Part shown: piece after piece, positions 1 to 13,862 of the stretch
How positions within the stretch are numbered: the stretch's first letter is position 1
Layout of the letters: the number at the start of each line of letters is the position of its first letter
Source of the DNA: Octopus sinensis
Lineage: Eukaryota
Direction of reading: 5' to 3'
Assembly (NCBI RefSeq): GCF_006345805.1
Contig: NC_042998.1
Coordinates: forward strand, 193,750,001 to 193,814,000
DNA: 64,000 nt
Program-made: the position numbers and the translations under genes
Notes under the pieces: model-generated
The model's input: only the letters and a program-made list of their open reading frames with translations
Told to the model about the DNA's origin: nothing
Database searches by the model: none

Positions 1-54
<54 letters not shown>

Positions 55-379
55 TTAATAATACTTATTACACAAAAGCAGTTTTTACTTCACACAAATG
101 TACGTATGCATGTATATATAGAAATACAAAATGGCTGACGGTTAGTAAGGAGAGACACAAATAAGAAAGAAGAAAACAAAGGACCACTGATGCGGTCACA
201 AGAGTGTGACGAAAGAACTCTGGCCGAAATAAGATTAAGATTAATGTAAAATAATAACACTGAAGCAAAATAACACCAAATATATAGTGCGTGTGTTTTA
301 TTGGCTAAACTGGCAAAATGACCATTCCGAAATATAACAATATATATATATATATAACAATATATATATATATAACAAT

Positions 380-417
<38 letters not shown>

Positions 418-547
418 GTATATATATTATATATATATATATATATATAATATATATATATATGCATGCATACATACATGTGTGTGAAGTAAAAACTGCT
501 TTTGTGTAATAAGTATTATTAAATACATATACTAATGTATATGCTTT

Positions 548-789
548 GTGTATTTTCCGGTGACTGCAATGGCGTGGCGAAGCATATAATTTCACATGTC
601 GCCGGTGTTAAAACACCTTAGTCATGGACAGGCTCCCATTTGGGAGAGATGGACATCGATGTTTCGCAATTTTTGTGGCTTGTCAGCACCACACCCCCTC
701 ATGGCCTGTCCGTGACTGAGATGTTTTAACACTGGCGATATGAGTGTTTATATACTCCGCTACGCCATTCCAGCCATCGGAAAATACAC
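548..789. mobile_element. MITE/foldback element with imperfect TIRs of about 86 bp
   Basis: 548-633 is the imperfect reverse complement of 704-789; 70-bp spacer. Confidence 0.7.
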
Positions 790-794
790 CACCT

Positions 795-1070
795 TTAGTC
801 GACCCCCAGGACGTATTCTTTGTAAGCCTCGTACTTATTCTATCAGTCTCTTATGCCGAACCGCTAGCTTACGGGGACGTAAACACACCAACATCGGTTG
901 TCAAGTGACAGCGTGGCGACAAACACAGACACACAAATACATACATATATATATATATATATATGTACGATGGGCTTCTTTCAGTTTCCATCTACCAAAT
1001 CCACTCACAAGGCTTTGGTCGGACCGAAGCAATAGTAGAAGTTGCCATGCAGTGGAACTGAACCAACCTG
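795..1070 (-). mobile_element. CORE-type SINE (same family), with a headless plus-strand tail at about 1140-1310
   Basis: Reverse complement of the head (1070-968), then (TA)n, then the tail (930-795). Confidence 0.75.
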
Positions 1071-1095
1071 TGCATATATACATATAATATATATA

Positions 1096-1140
<45 letters not shown>

Positions 1141-1513
1141 GTGTGTGTGTGTGGTGGTGTGTGGTGTGTGTCTTGTGTTTGCCCCTCACCACTACCTGAC
1201 AGTTGGTAATGTGTTTATGTCTTCGTAACTTAGCGGTTCGGCAAAAGAACTGACAGAATAAGTACTAGGCTTTAAAAGGTCCTGGGGTCGATTTGTTCGA
1301 CGAAAGCCTGACTATTCAATTATTCTATTTATTCTTTTATTTACTTTCTCACTGATTCTTCTCATTTCAAAAAACTCTCTTGCCTTTGACCACTCCCCTA
1401 AGAACAATAGTTTGCGCCCTGTTTATCTCCTAAATACCAACTTACCCCAAAAAACGTCCCCCACCACCACCCCATTAAATCTGTATAAATACCAGACCCT
1501 TATACTGACAGCC

Positions 1514-1564
1514 AGCTTCCTGAAGATTTCATCTGAATGAAACAGTTCTAGTCCTGTAGAAGCT
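1514..1564 (+). ncRNA. Type I hammerhead ribozyme motif
   Basis: Stem I AGCTTC/GAAGCT; core CTGAAGA; stem II T-TTC-ATCT-GAA-T; GAAA; stem III ACAG/CTGT; GTA cleavage triplet. Confidence 0.75.
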
Positions 1565-1718
1565 CCTTCTATAAAATAAATATATATATATATATTATAT
1601 ATATATATATATAAAGTATATGATTTAACATATTAAACAGAGTTCAACAAATTCATTCATATTTTACGTAAATGGAGGAGACTAGATATTAATATGGATG
1701 ATTTTTTTTATTCATGTA

Positions 1719-1796
1719 GCTATACGATCGTTTCATACAGAAAGACAGTAAATTCGTTTTAAGAATCTGAGTTGTCAAAAAGTACTCGTCAGTAGC
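1719..1796 (-). ncRNA. Hammerhead motif with long stem II and palindromic stem III
   Basis: Minus strand GCTA CTGACGA GTAC...GTAT GAAAC GATC GTA TAGC. Confidence 0.6.
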
Positions 1797-2883
1797 CAAA
1801 AAATAAGAAAAAAGCTAAAAAGACGTTATAATTACTAAGGTATGGTGTTATTACTCATTTTTGCAATATGTTATTGTTCTCGGAGTCATGTCTGTTTAAA
1901 CCAGACTAAAAGATAACACTTGGGCGCTGATATATATATATATATAATACTAATAAGGGTAACATTCTCTTATAGATTTGTATAAAGCAACTGATTTAAA
2001 ACTCCCATATATGGAGTAAAAAAAAACTGGTGCGGTTGTATTTTAAGACAAACCAAATAAGGAAAGTCCAGAATTATGAAATACTGGAGATAATATATAT
2101 ATATATATTATATATTATATATATATATATATATATACCGTCAATAACAATATGGCTAAGCCATTAATTAGAAAAATGTGTTAATCATAAATGGTTTTAT
2201 GGATTATGAAATTTATAATTAAAATGTTTTTTGTAAATAATATGTCTAATCTTTATAGAAAAAAATAAGTGTAATATTACAGGATTTAGTTAAACTTGTA
2301 GAAGGATATATGAAGAAGTAGATACTAAAAGACGGTTAATAAAATTAAAATAAAATAATTTTTTTTTAAATTAAAATTAAAAATAAGACACTAAAAATAT
2401 TGAGGATGAAGGAGAATTTACTTACATTATCCGCTGCTAAAAACATATTTAATCATCTATAGAGTGGTATAGCAAAGTTATATTTAATAATAACGAAAAG
2501 AATTGTGCGTAATTTTGGAGAAAAGCTAAAAAGTAGAGTTATGTGTAGTGTAGGGGAGATAACAATTAAGGGGGAAAAAGTGATCTTACTTATATTTTCT
2601 ATTTATATAAATATAAAAATATAAAAAGTAATGTACACGCGAAAATGTATCACGCATAACTTTATTGTTAAAAAAATTATGTGTACATATCGGTACAACC
2701 ATATATGCATATATAAATGATTTTTGTACATAGAAAAACTTCACAGATAAATACTTAAGCATACACACAACACACACACACACCCACACACCACACAACA
2801 CACCACACACAACACACACACACACAAACACACCACACACACCACACACACACAACACACCACACACACACACACACACACAC

Positions 2884-2914
<31 letters not shown>

Positions 2915-3014
2915 ACGAACATTTTCAAACATATCTATACATACAATAATGTATATACTAATCCCCATACACATCAATACCAAAGTATATACCCTTATAC
3001 ATGGATTACTCGAA

Positions 3015-3087
<73 letters not shown>

Positions 3088-3754
3088 TGTACTCGTAAAT
3101 AATGTTTATATAGGCCTGAATGTATATTGGCCATATATATTGGTTTACATACGTACATATATACATTATAAAAATTATAAGAATTATAAATTCAAAAAAA
3201 ATCTTTTATAAGTATTATAAGCAATTTTTGATAAAAAAATAATTTTGAAAATAATTATAAAAATAGTTATAAAAACTAGTTGCTAAAATAATTTATAAAA
3301 TAACTTTATAAAATTTATAATAATTGTAATTTGTATATATAGATAGTGGATAGCATAACATGATATTTATGTATACTTTATATATAGTAAAGACACAATA
3401 CCGGAAATTGGTGGGAGGGTACTAGATTTTTACATCGACCCCAGTGGTTCACTGGTACTTAATTTATCGACCCCGAAAGGATGAAAGACAAAGTTGACCT
3501 GTTCACCTTGGCGGAATTTGAAGAAGAAAAAGAAGAAGAAGAAGAAGAAGAAGAAGGTTGTGATGCATATGCCTGGTGTACCCTTATCAAACGGGTAGTC
3601 ATGATGGGTATACTCGGCTTCGTATATTTTACCCCAGTGTCACTTTGATGGTATGCACTGCTCTCACTAAAGAAGAAGAAGAAGAAGAAGAAGAAGAAGA
3701 AGAAGAAGAAGAAGAAGAAGAAGAAGAAGAAGAAGAAGAAGAAGAATGACAAAA

Positions 3755-4505
3755 GAAAAGATACATGGTGAAAAAGAAGAATACATACGGAGTTAGATAT
3801 GCTCTCGAAAGACATTTCTATGTTAGACTGAAAACAGGAGCAGCGAACAAAAATACAGGGCACTAAACAGGAAGTATGATATTGAAAGATAGGGCCTGAA
3901 AGTGGTAATGGAGCGCTTCGTTGCAAACAAAGCAAAGTAAGATATGACCAAAAAATGTAAGGGTGCGAGCAGAATAGGTTATTCAGAGTGTATCAGAAGA
4001 AATTCTAGAAAGAAATGAATGGACAGTGTACAGATGAAAAGTTGATATCAGATAACATTAAAGTCAAAGGTTTTGGAGTGACATCTGGTGCAAAGAAAAG
4101 GAGCACAAAAAGGATGTTGAATGGTTGCAAGAACTAAAAGAAACGGTAGTGTCTAATAATTGGCGTGACAGTGCAAGGAGATCAACATATCATCATGAAA
4201 GAAAGAGAAAAGTTTGATAAATATGGAGACCTGAGAGTTGAGATCGTTAAGATGTGGCAGCTACGAGAGTCCGAGAGTCAAACATAAAGGTTATCCCAAT
4301 TGTCATCGGAGCATCTGAAAACCTTAGAAATACCCTACAATCTAGATGTCTTGCAAAAGTCAGCATTACTTGGAACTGCACGCATATTGCGTAAAGTACT
4401 GTCTGTCTGAGGTCCTTGTTGTGACTTGACAGACAGTACAAACCCCCGGTAGACACAATATCTCCAATCAACAACTTCACGATATTTTATACTGTGCGAC
4501 ATCTA
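3755..4505 (+). mobile_element. Internally deleted R4/Dong-clade (restriction-like endonuclease) LINE with (TAA)n tail
   Basis: Pre-RT region (NRLFRVYQKKF; FWSDIWCKEKEHKKDVEWLQELKE) fused at about 4152 to the REL C-terminus (KEREKFDKYGDLRVEIVKMW; IPIVIG; LQKSALLGTARILRKVL*, stop 4408-4410), then 3' UTR and (TAA)n. Confidence 0.8.
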
Positions 4506-4576
4506 TAATAATAATTAATAATAATAATAATAATAATAAAATAATAATAATAATAATACCAACAACAACAACAACA

Positions 4577-4620
<44 letters not shown>

Positions 4621-4729
4621 TGATAATAATAATAATACCAACAACAACAACAACAATAATAATAATAATAATATATAATAATAATAATAATATAAAATAA
4701 TAATAATAATACCAACAACAACAACAACA

Positions 4730-4792
<63 letters not shown>

Positions 4793-4816
4793 TAATAATA
4801 ATTATTATTACTAATA

Positions 4817-4863
<47 letters not shown>

Positions 4864-5026
4864 GTTGTTGTTGTTGGTATTATTATTATTATCATTTTAT
4901 TATTATTATTATCTTTTCTACTAAAGCAGAAGGCCTGAAATTTGTGGGGAAGGAATTGGTCGATTACATTGACTCCAGTCATTTTAAGATATGCAAACCT
5001 CCAGTTACTAATATATAAGATCCTTA

Positions 5027-5170
5027 TCAGGCAGCGAGCTGGCAGAATCGTTAGCACGCCGGACAAAATGACTGACAGCATTTCGTCCATATTTACGTTC
5101 TGGGGTCAATGTAACCGACTTATCCCCTCCCCCAAACTTCTTGTCCTTGTGCCAAAATTTGTAACAAATA
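5027..5170 (+). mobile_element. SINE-A relative with alternative tail (internally deleted)
   Basis: SINE-A head followed by CGACTTATCCCCTCCCCC...CCTTGTGCCAAAATTTG. Other partial or decayed SINE-A copies lie at about 3413-3522, 23690-23830, 27600-27660, 29040-29150 and 33585-33710. Confidence 0.75.
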
Positions 5171-5735
5171 TATAAGACCCTTTAATTAAACTGTACATTC
5201 AATCCATTTCTTTCACCTCTATATTACAAGTTTCTTTTTCGGTGAACTAAAAAGTAGTGGACCCTTTTCTTTCTACATCGTCAGGCCATTAAACGACTCC
5301 TAGAGATTTCTTTGACAAGTGGTATATGTTAATCATGAAATTTTTGTAGACGAATACAAAGTTGATTTCCCATGGCGTTCAAGTAAATTTTAAAAGACGC
5401 CATCTTGATGACTAGACTCGTTACGTTCTCATACCTACATGTGCGTCAAGAGCTGGACTAATATTGCTACAAATCATTTCGTCCAACACCATAGCAATTC
5501 CGCAAATCCACCGCCCTGGATAGTTTACTTTCTCGAAATCAGAAAAATGAAAAGTAAAGTAGAATGCGGCAGGATCTGAACTCAGAGAAAACCTGCAAAG
5601 TAATTTTGTTGGACCTTTTAACGATTCTGGTATTTCGCTGCTTCACATTCTTGACCGAAGTCGTTAGATACACCGTTGTTTTAATTCTCTTTTCCTCACA
5701 CTACTATGCTTCCTCTCTCTACCGTCTAGCCTCCC

Positions 5736-5805
<70 letters not shown>

Positions 5806-5885
5806 ACCGCATGCTAAATACTTTGTTCAAGTTCTTACTCCACGGAGTTCCCCTAAATTTGATATACTAGGATTACATACATACC

Positions 5886-6116
5886 TATTTCTTTATTACC
5901 CACAAGGGGTTAAACATAGAGGGGACAAACAAGGACAGACAAAGGGATTAAGTCGATTACATCGACCCCAGTGCGTAAATGGTACTTTATTTATCGACCC
6001 CGAAAGGATGAAAGGCAAAGTCGACCTCGGCGGAATTTGAACTCAGAACGTAATGACAGACGAAATACTGCTAAGTATTTCGTCCGGCGCGCTAACGTTT
6101 CTGCCAGCTCACCGCC
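5886..6116 (-). mobile_element. SINE-A monomer
   Basis: Full head, central GTCGACTTTGCCTTTCATCCTTTCGGGGTCGATAAA domain (resembles the Meta-type SINE central domain, from memory) and AATAAAGAAATA tail. Confidence 0.92.
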
Positions 6117-6150
6117 TTGAAGATTACATATATATGTAATCATAGAGTGT

Positions 6151-6531
6151 GGAGGTGCAATGGCCCAGTGGTTAGGGCAGCGGACTCGCGGTCGTAGGAT
6201 CGCGGTTTCGATTCCCAGACCGGGCGTTGTGAGTGTTTATTGAGCGAAAACACCTAAAGCTCCACGAGGCTCCGGCAGGGGATGGTGGTGATCCCTGCTG
6301 TACTCTTTCACCACAACTTTCTCTCACTCTTTCTTCCTGTTTCTGTTGTACCTGTATTTTAAAGGGCCGGCCTTGTCACTCTCTGTGTCACGCTGAATAT
6401 CCCCGAGAACTACGTTAAGGGTACACGTGTCTGTGGAGTGCTCAGCCACTTACACGTTAATTTCACGAGCAGGCTGTTCCGTTGGTCGGATCAACCGGAA
6501 CCCTCATCGTCGTAACCGACGGAGTGCTTCC
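6151..6531 (+). mobile_element. tRNA-derived SINE (tRNA-Arg-like head), about 380 bp
   Basis: Head GGAGGTGCAATGGCCCAGTGGTTAGGGCAGCGGACTCGCGGTCG...GGTTTCGATTCCC. Near-identical second copy at 21906. Imperfect TSD AATCATAGA(G)TGT. Confidence 0.88.
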
Positions 6532-8651
6532 ACACACAATCATAGATGTCAAGATGTCTGTTTACTTAAAAAGATTTATCTGCAATAAAAAAAATGGCCA
6601 TGAGGTGCGGTGACATTAATTACTTTCCCAGAATTTTTGTGACATAGGTAAAATGAATTAGTTCTATCCAGGAACTGAAACCACATCGTGAACACAACTC
6701 ATATAAGCATATTTATTTTCTATGAAACAAGCCTAACTTCTTTATACTGGTTTCCCTTTGCGTGAGATTGGGAGGGCACAAACATCGTGATGTAGTTATC
6801 GTTTCTGCTGCCGCTGGTAATATTCCTTCACTTCACGTTGACCTGTGTCAACCTACATAGAGACTCCTTCTGTGACTTGTAAGGAGTTTGCATTAAAAAG
6901 ATCGAGGTTTAGCATCATAAGTGAAAAGACAAATATTGAAAAGGGAGTTGAAACCACATCAAGTTTTCTGTAAATCCAGTAACTTATATCTTGAGCAACA
7001 ACTATTGTGCTAAATTCTTAATTATCTATATCTATAAAACAGTCCTTGGACGAAAATTGTATGCACATTTTGCTTTGGCGGTTAATGGCAGCCAAACCCG
7101 AGACTAGGATCGAGCTGAAAATTGGCAGGGATACTAAATGCGTGATGAGGATGAGACCCGCAATGGTTAAAATTCGCAAGCTATAAAGATGTGGTTGCTA
7201 TGGCAAAAAGAGTGATTTTTTTATCGATTCAAGGGGGTCCAGAGCCTCTCTAGGTTTGTGCGATTGTCTTTTAATGCCCAGCGGCATGCACTGCAGGCTG
7301 TTGTGCTTAATAAACATATATTTTGTCGCGAAATTCCGGCTACTAGGAAACGATTTTTCATTGTGAAAAAACGAGTGCTTTTTGCCCTCATTTTCTCTTT
7401 AATTTTTAATAAAATTTTCGTTTTTTTTTTAAATTCCTCATCTTTAAAATATGGCCCCAGTAGACCCGAATATACTAGTTAACATATAATTATAACTACA
7501 AAACGTATTTACAAAAATACGAAACTTTGGCCTGCTAGAATTAGCAGTTAATTGTTCTTCAAATCAAACCCAACTGTCTTTTCGAACACGTTACATTGGA
7601 TATTGTAATTTTAGATACACTGTGTCTAAATATAAGATGGGATGGGATGGTCACGGCTGAAATGCTTTTGACTATAGGTCTACTTGATCTTGGTTGTTCC
7701 GATGTTAAACAACAGCATCCTGTTTACATCAGATTCGTTAGTAAACATGTTTATTTTCCCGAACGCCAACACCGTAGAACATTAGACATGTTCAATCATT
7801 ATCATTATTGCTTTCTTTTGTCTCTAAGATATCAGTCACTGTTTCTATTCTTTTAATATTTCGTGCTTTTTTCTTGTTCTCTCTCAGAGGTGTGGTGAGA
7901 TCTGATATTGCTTCTCTCTCTCACACTCTCTCTCTCCCTAATGTAATTATTACTTTGGGAATATTTACATCATAAAAAACTTTAGTAATTTATTTTAAAG
8001 ACCAGCTTCAGAAGAACGAGTGAAGTAAGGAAAAAAAACTATTATATATTTCTTAATGTTACTTTTAAGATATTCTACTATTTCACTTCTAGATGTATTT
8101 GTCAAGAATTTTTATGAATGCACACATATATATATATACATACGTATATGCGTCTGTGTGTGCGTGTGTGAGTCTGAAAGTCATAAAACAAACCTTATTT
8201 CGTCTGTATTCTGACATCTTATACATTCGTCCATGCATACATTATAATTCATTTGCATAACATGTTTCATGTGGATAACGACGGACTCACATTCCATTCT
8301 ACTGGAGAGACTTGTGTGCGTAAGCATGCGTGCAAACAGAAAAAAATTGCTTGTAAAGATGTGATTGTAATTATCCCCTATATTTGTATACCCTTCGTTT
8401 CCGTATCATGCTATATAAAGAAAATAGTAGCTCAGTGTCCGATATAATTGATATATGGACGCTTTACGATTTATCGATCAGAATATCAATTAATATTTAT
8501 GCCTGTATCTATATTTAAGTGTGTGTCTGTGTGTGTGTTTGTGTGTGTGTTTGTGTGTGTGTCTGTGTGTTTGTATATATATATATATACACAGACATAT
8601 ATATGCATATATACACATAGTATACATACATATATACATGTATATAAATAA

Positions 8652-8699
<48 letters not shown>

Positions 8700-8703
8700 T
8701 ATA

Positions 8704-8745
<42 letters not shown>

Positions 8746-8929
8746 ATATAGAATATATATTTATACAATATGTATACAACATATATACATGTAAATACAT
8801 AAATATATATATATGTGTATATATATATCTATATATATAGTATATATATATATATATACATATACATGTATATATATATATTATATATATATGTATAATA
8901 CATAATACATGTAAATAAATAAATATATA

Positions 8930-8961
<32 letters not shown>

Positions 8962-8990
8962 ATATATACATATATATATATTATATACAT

Positions 8991-9037
<47 letters not shown>

Positions 9038-9372
9038 TGTATATGTATATATATATAGATATATACGCGAGAAAGAAGCAACAAGAATGGAAGGTTTTGT
9101 AGTACGATCGTTTCATACAAGGACAGGTTTTATTAAAAGTTGCAAAGATAAAAAAGATATCACTCTTGTGGCTATCTTTCTCGCTTATAATCACCCCAAT
9201 TACTGTTATTGTTAAATCAGTATAGTTTTTGGTTGAAATCTAAGTTAGTACCATATTCAAGTAAATTCATTAAATTAAACTGAATCTTTAGTTAGCTCTT
9301 TCTATATATATATATCTTATATATATATATATATATACATATATACATTATAATAAATATAGTCTAATATAG

Positions 9373-9424
<52 letters not shown>

Positions 9425-10029
9425 TATGTTTATTGATTATAGAAAGAAGTTACAAAATGCACTGAACATATCCACCAACCCAAATTTCCGAACTGTGTGC
9501 GTTGCGTTTTATGTTATTTATGAGGCTAACATGAAAAAGCATCCGCTTATTATATTAACATAATCTACTGAAGCCATAGCTTTTATAGAACAATAAGATT
9601 TGTATTTAATCTTAGTCGAGGAATAACTTTTGTTTATTTCAGTCCAGTTTTGACTCTACAACTACGTCGTCTTACCATGTAATTCTATCGAAATGTTTTA
9701 TATATATTCCAAAGCCAGAAGCAGTAAACTTCCCCGGAGTTGATTCGTTCTATTTTCTGAAACTATCAACGTTTGATAAATTTTTTTTATATACGTTTTT
9801 TATTGAAGATTTCATTCAGTATTAACCACTTGATAATTAGAACATTCTAGCTAAAGTTTATAATCAGAAGAAATGTTCAATTAAAGATGTCCAAATAATA
9901 AGTACATAACAAGGTTACAAACCAAGAAATTAGCAATTTTATAATTTAAAACAAATGATCAAGCTTAATAATCATGATGGATATCTTAGTGGGATAAAAA
10001 GTATTATGCTATGTGTGTGTGTGTGTGTG

Positions 10030-10096
10030 TAGATAGATTATATATAATTTATATGTACGTACGTAGATGTATATATACATATATAAATGTATGTTG

Positions 10097-10129
<33 letters not shown>

Positions 10130-10163
10130 GTATGTATGTATGTATGTATATATATATATTATG

Positions 10164-10194
<31 letters not shown>

Positions 10195-10246
10195 ATATAT
10201 ATGATATATAATATATATATATATATGTATACATATATATGTATAC

Positions 10247-10283
<37 letters not shown>

Positions 10284-10284
10284 A

Positions 10285-10339
<55 letters not shown>

Positions 10340-10360
10340 TATATGTATACTATATATGTA

Positions 10361-10407
<47 letters not shown>

Positions 10408-10512
10408 CATATATATATATATGTATACATATATATGTATACATATATATATATATTATATATATATATATATATAAATACATATATATATATATATATG
10501 TATACATATATA

Positions 10513-10606
<94 letters not shown>

Positions 10607-10639
10607 TATGGATTATACATATATATATATATATTAATA

Positions 10640-10681
<42 letters not shown>

Positions 10682-10690
10682 AATATATTA
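10030..10690. repeat. Long (TA)-rich microsatellite
   Basis: Direct reading. Similar tracts at 8570-9060, 20940-21250, 25380-25760, 57150-57590 and 59870-60330. Confidence 0.95.
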
Positions 10691-13336
10691 TATAAGGCGT
10701 GTGAAAGTTTGTAGTAATTTTTATCTTTGCTAACAAACTTATCCGAATAATGGAATCCATTAATTGAACTAGATTGCTTTTATTTATTTGAAGAATTTCT
10801 CTTTTCTCTTACTCCACAAACACCATTAATCAGTACTTGTTTCATTTTTAATCATGTGGAGTCATTAATAGGTTATAAAGCGTTAAACTTAACTTACTTC
10901 TAGTCCGTTGTTTTTTCTTTTTTACATTCTCCAACCAGAAATACGCATTCTGTGAAACGAAGATTAACGATTATTCCAGTATATATATATATTTTTTATC
11001 AGTAATTTCCTTTCTTTAGTAATATTTTCCATTATCAATAGTTCTACATTGTTTTCTGTCAGACGTAAACAACGACGCATTATTTCCAAAATATATTATC
11101 TTCATTGGAAAGGAAATTTTCTTGTTTTCCCTTAAGTTCTGTTTCATCTATTTTATTATTACTGCACCCATTATTTGCTCTTCCTATATTAATCAAGATT
11201 TTTTTATATATTACCGACATCATTGTTTGTGCAAGACAGTTATTACCATATATTTTGTAATGTTTTGTTTCTGTTTTTGTTTTAATATTCCAGTTAATTC
11301 TTAATATTTAACATGATTTTACATTTTATTTTCAATTATTTCGTATCTTGTAATATTTCATTTGCATTTTATACGCTTTCATGACAATATTAACAAATAT
11401 CACTTTATAAGATTCGGCTATCAGTATCTAGGAGTATACGACCTACAGATGCGCTCAGAAAAATACAGCAGCAAAATCAGTTGTGAATTCTCATGATTAA
11501 AAATGATACAGCTACTGTAGTCAAGACCCTTATTGAATAAACAGATGATTTTGGGAGTTGGGGCTACGAAAGTCATGAGTAAAGCCCTTCTTCTAGACTA
11601 AACGGTTCGAACAACAAAAATAGGAAAACGTCTCATAAACTAAATGGTGACTTCGTCATGAAGTTAACAATGTTAACGATGAACAACCTCGTCATGAAGT
11701 TAACAATGTTAACGACGAACAAGTTCATAATGAAGTGGTTACTAACATACTTTATGTAATAAGCAAAAGAATTTGAATTTGTTACAGTTACATCCTTAGT
11801 GATGAGAATAGCCAATGTCTAAATTGCAAATTCTGAAAGGAATAAGCAGGGAAGACAGCTGCAAATTTTGATTAGTTAAATTAAATATGTAATGTAATGT
11901 GAGATGAGTCAGATCTTTGATAGTACGCTGACAACTTTGAACATGTTTCGGGTTTATTAGACATCACCTGTGTAGGATCACACAAAATCAATATTTCACC
12001 TGTCAATCTCAAGTGTAGTAGTAACGGTTATATTGTAATACGCTATGGAATATAAATACGTAAAGAGAAAGAAGCGCTTCCGGAATTGTCACTGTATTAC
12101 TAAAGATCAGACTCACTCCTCACTGCATTGCATATTTAATTTATTTTAATAACAATTTCATAGTTGTCCCCAACTGCATTAGTCATTTCAATAATAGTTA
12201 TTTTAACACTAATGATGCAATTTTAATTTATTAAAGTTTCTCAATTTACTACATGGAGAATACTAGCGCCTGCTTTGTTATTAAGTCTTCATAAAATAAG
12301 ATTCCTGTGAGTTTCCCAATCGTTTTAATAAAATAAAATGTATTGACTTATTATATCCAGTATACTAGCGCCTACGTTACTTCTAAGTTTTTATGCAGCA
12401 GGCGTCACAGGGTATTTTTCTCCAGCCATTTAATATTATTCACATACTGATTAAATCCTGAAAGACAACTTCGTATATTATTCCTATTAATTCCATTAAC
12501 ACCATAGCATTCACACGAAGTTGATCTTGATAGAACAACATCTCAAGTTGTATAATGTCTGGTGTTTCGCCGCTAAGTAGCCTATTTTATTGATAACTAA
12601 TGTCGGCCAACATAAGCCAATTATAAATGGAATTTACAAAGACAAATACAATAATATGACCCTCTGCAATCCTTCGAATGATATTGATTAATGTATATTT
12701 GCAACATCATTAAATAATTAGTATCGATGTGAATGGGACAGACTGAGATTTTATATAATCACTACAAACTAATAATTGATATATATATTTGACTTCTGGA
12801 CAAAGTACAATTTATGAATGACAGTAGAATACTATATACATAAATAGAGTTAAAATATCATTAGAATCATTGAAGGGAAAGTGGGATATGGCACTATGCA
12901 ACCATGGTACCACGTGGTGACTTTAAACAATATGAGTGGCTTTAAGTCGATCTTTCATTTCCAGCGAAATGAAGAGCCGTTCCTAAATCATTACTGACAG
13001 ATGAGATCATGTGACCAGCCCAAATTATTACATTAGTGGCGAATAGAATCATGTGACTAACCTACTTGTTCTAACTGTCATCTGGAATTTATCATGCTTT
13101 CTACAAGAATGCCAATATTCTTGAAACACGTTAGCAATTCGTCTTAAAAGCAATTCAAAAATGGTATTATAAACAAAATTGTTGAGTACTGAAGTCATTT
13201 AACCAAAAATCTCCAGCAAGCTGTTTTTTTACCTTTACAAAAATAATATCTACTGAATCATTAAAGACGCCTCTACGAGGTAGCTCACTTGGCAAGAAAT
13301 AGCGGGCAAATCTCACTCAAGTTATACTTTAATATA

Positions 13337-13725
13337 GGCACAGGTGTGGCTATATGGTAAGAAGCTTTCTCCCCAGTCACATGGTTCGGGGTTCAATGTC
13401 ACTTAATGGTACCTCAGACATATATCTTCTACTATACCCTCAGGCCGACCAAAGCCTTGTTAGTGGATTTGATAAATAGAAACTGAAAGAAGCCCGTCGT
13501 ATTTGTGTGTTTCTTTGTGTCTGTGTTTGTCCCATACGTACATCGCGTGACAACCGGTGCTGGTGTGTTTACGTCCCCGTAATTTAGCGGTTCAGCACAG
13601 GAGACGGATAGAATAAGTACCAAGCTTTAAAAAGAATAAGCACTTGGGTCGATAACTTCGACTAAAACTTCTTCAAGGCGGTGCCCCAGCGTGGCCGCAG
13701 TCTAATGACTGACACAAGTAAAAGA
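13337..13725 (+). mobile_element. CORE-type SINE (same family as 54906)
   Basis: Diverged full copy. Confidence 0.8.
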
Positions 13726-13862
13726 TAAGAGAAAGATATCTTAATCAAAGAAATATACTTAATGCAAGGATAATGTAGTCTTAGATATATTTCACCCGAA
13801 TAACAGAATGTAATGGTCGAGGATAAAATAACCTCCATCTGAGAGCAAATAATAGCGTCATA

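Noticed and set aside
795-1310. Apparent (TA)n-mediated inversion of a SINE head
   Set aside because: A matching minus-strand tail at 795-930 completes the minus copy; the plus tail is a separate fragment.
6151-6226. tRNA gene (also 21906 and 34245)
   Set aside because: Acceptor stems are imperfect and each continues into a shared SINE body with a TSD or tail, so these are SINE heads.
11652-11725. In-frame 36-bp tandem duplication
   Set aside because: Short local duplication with stops nearby and no recognisable protein.
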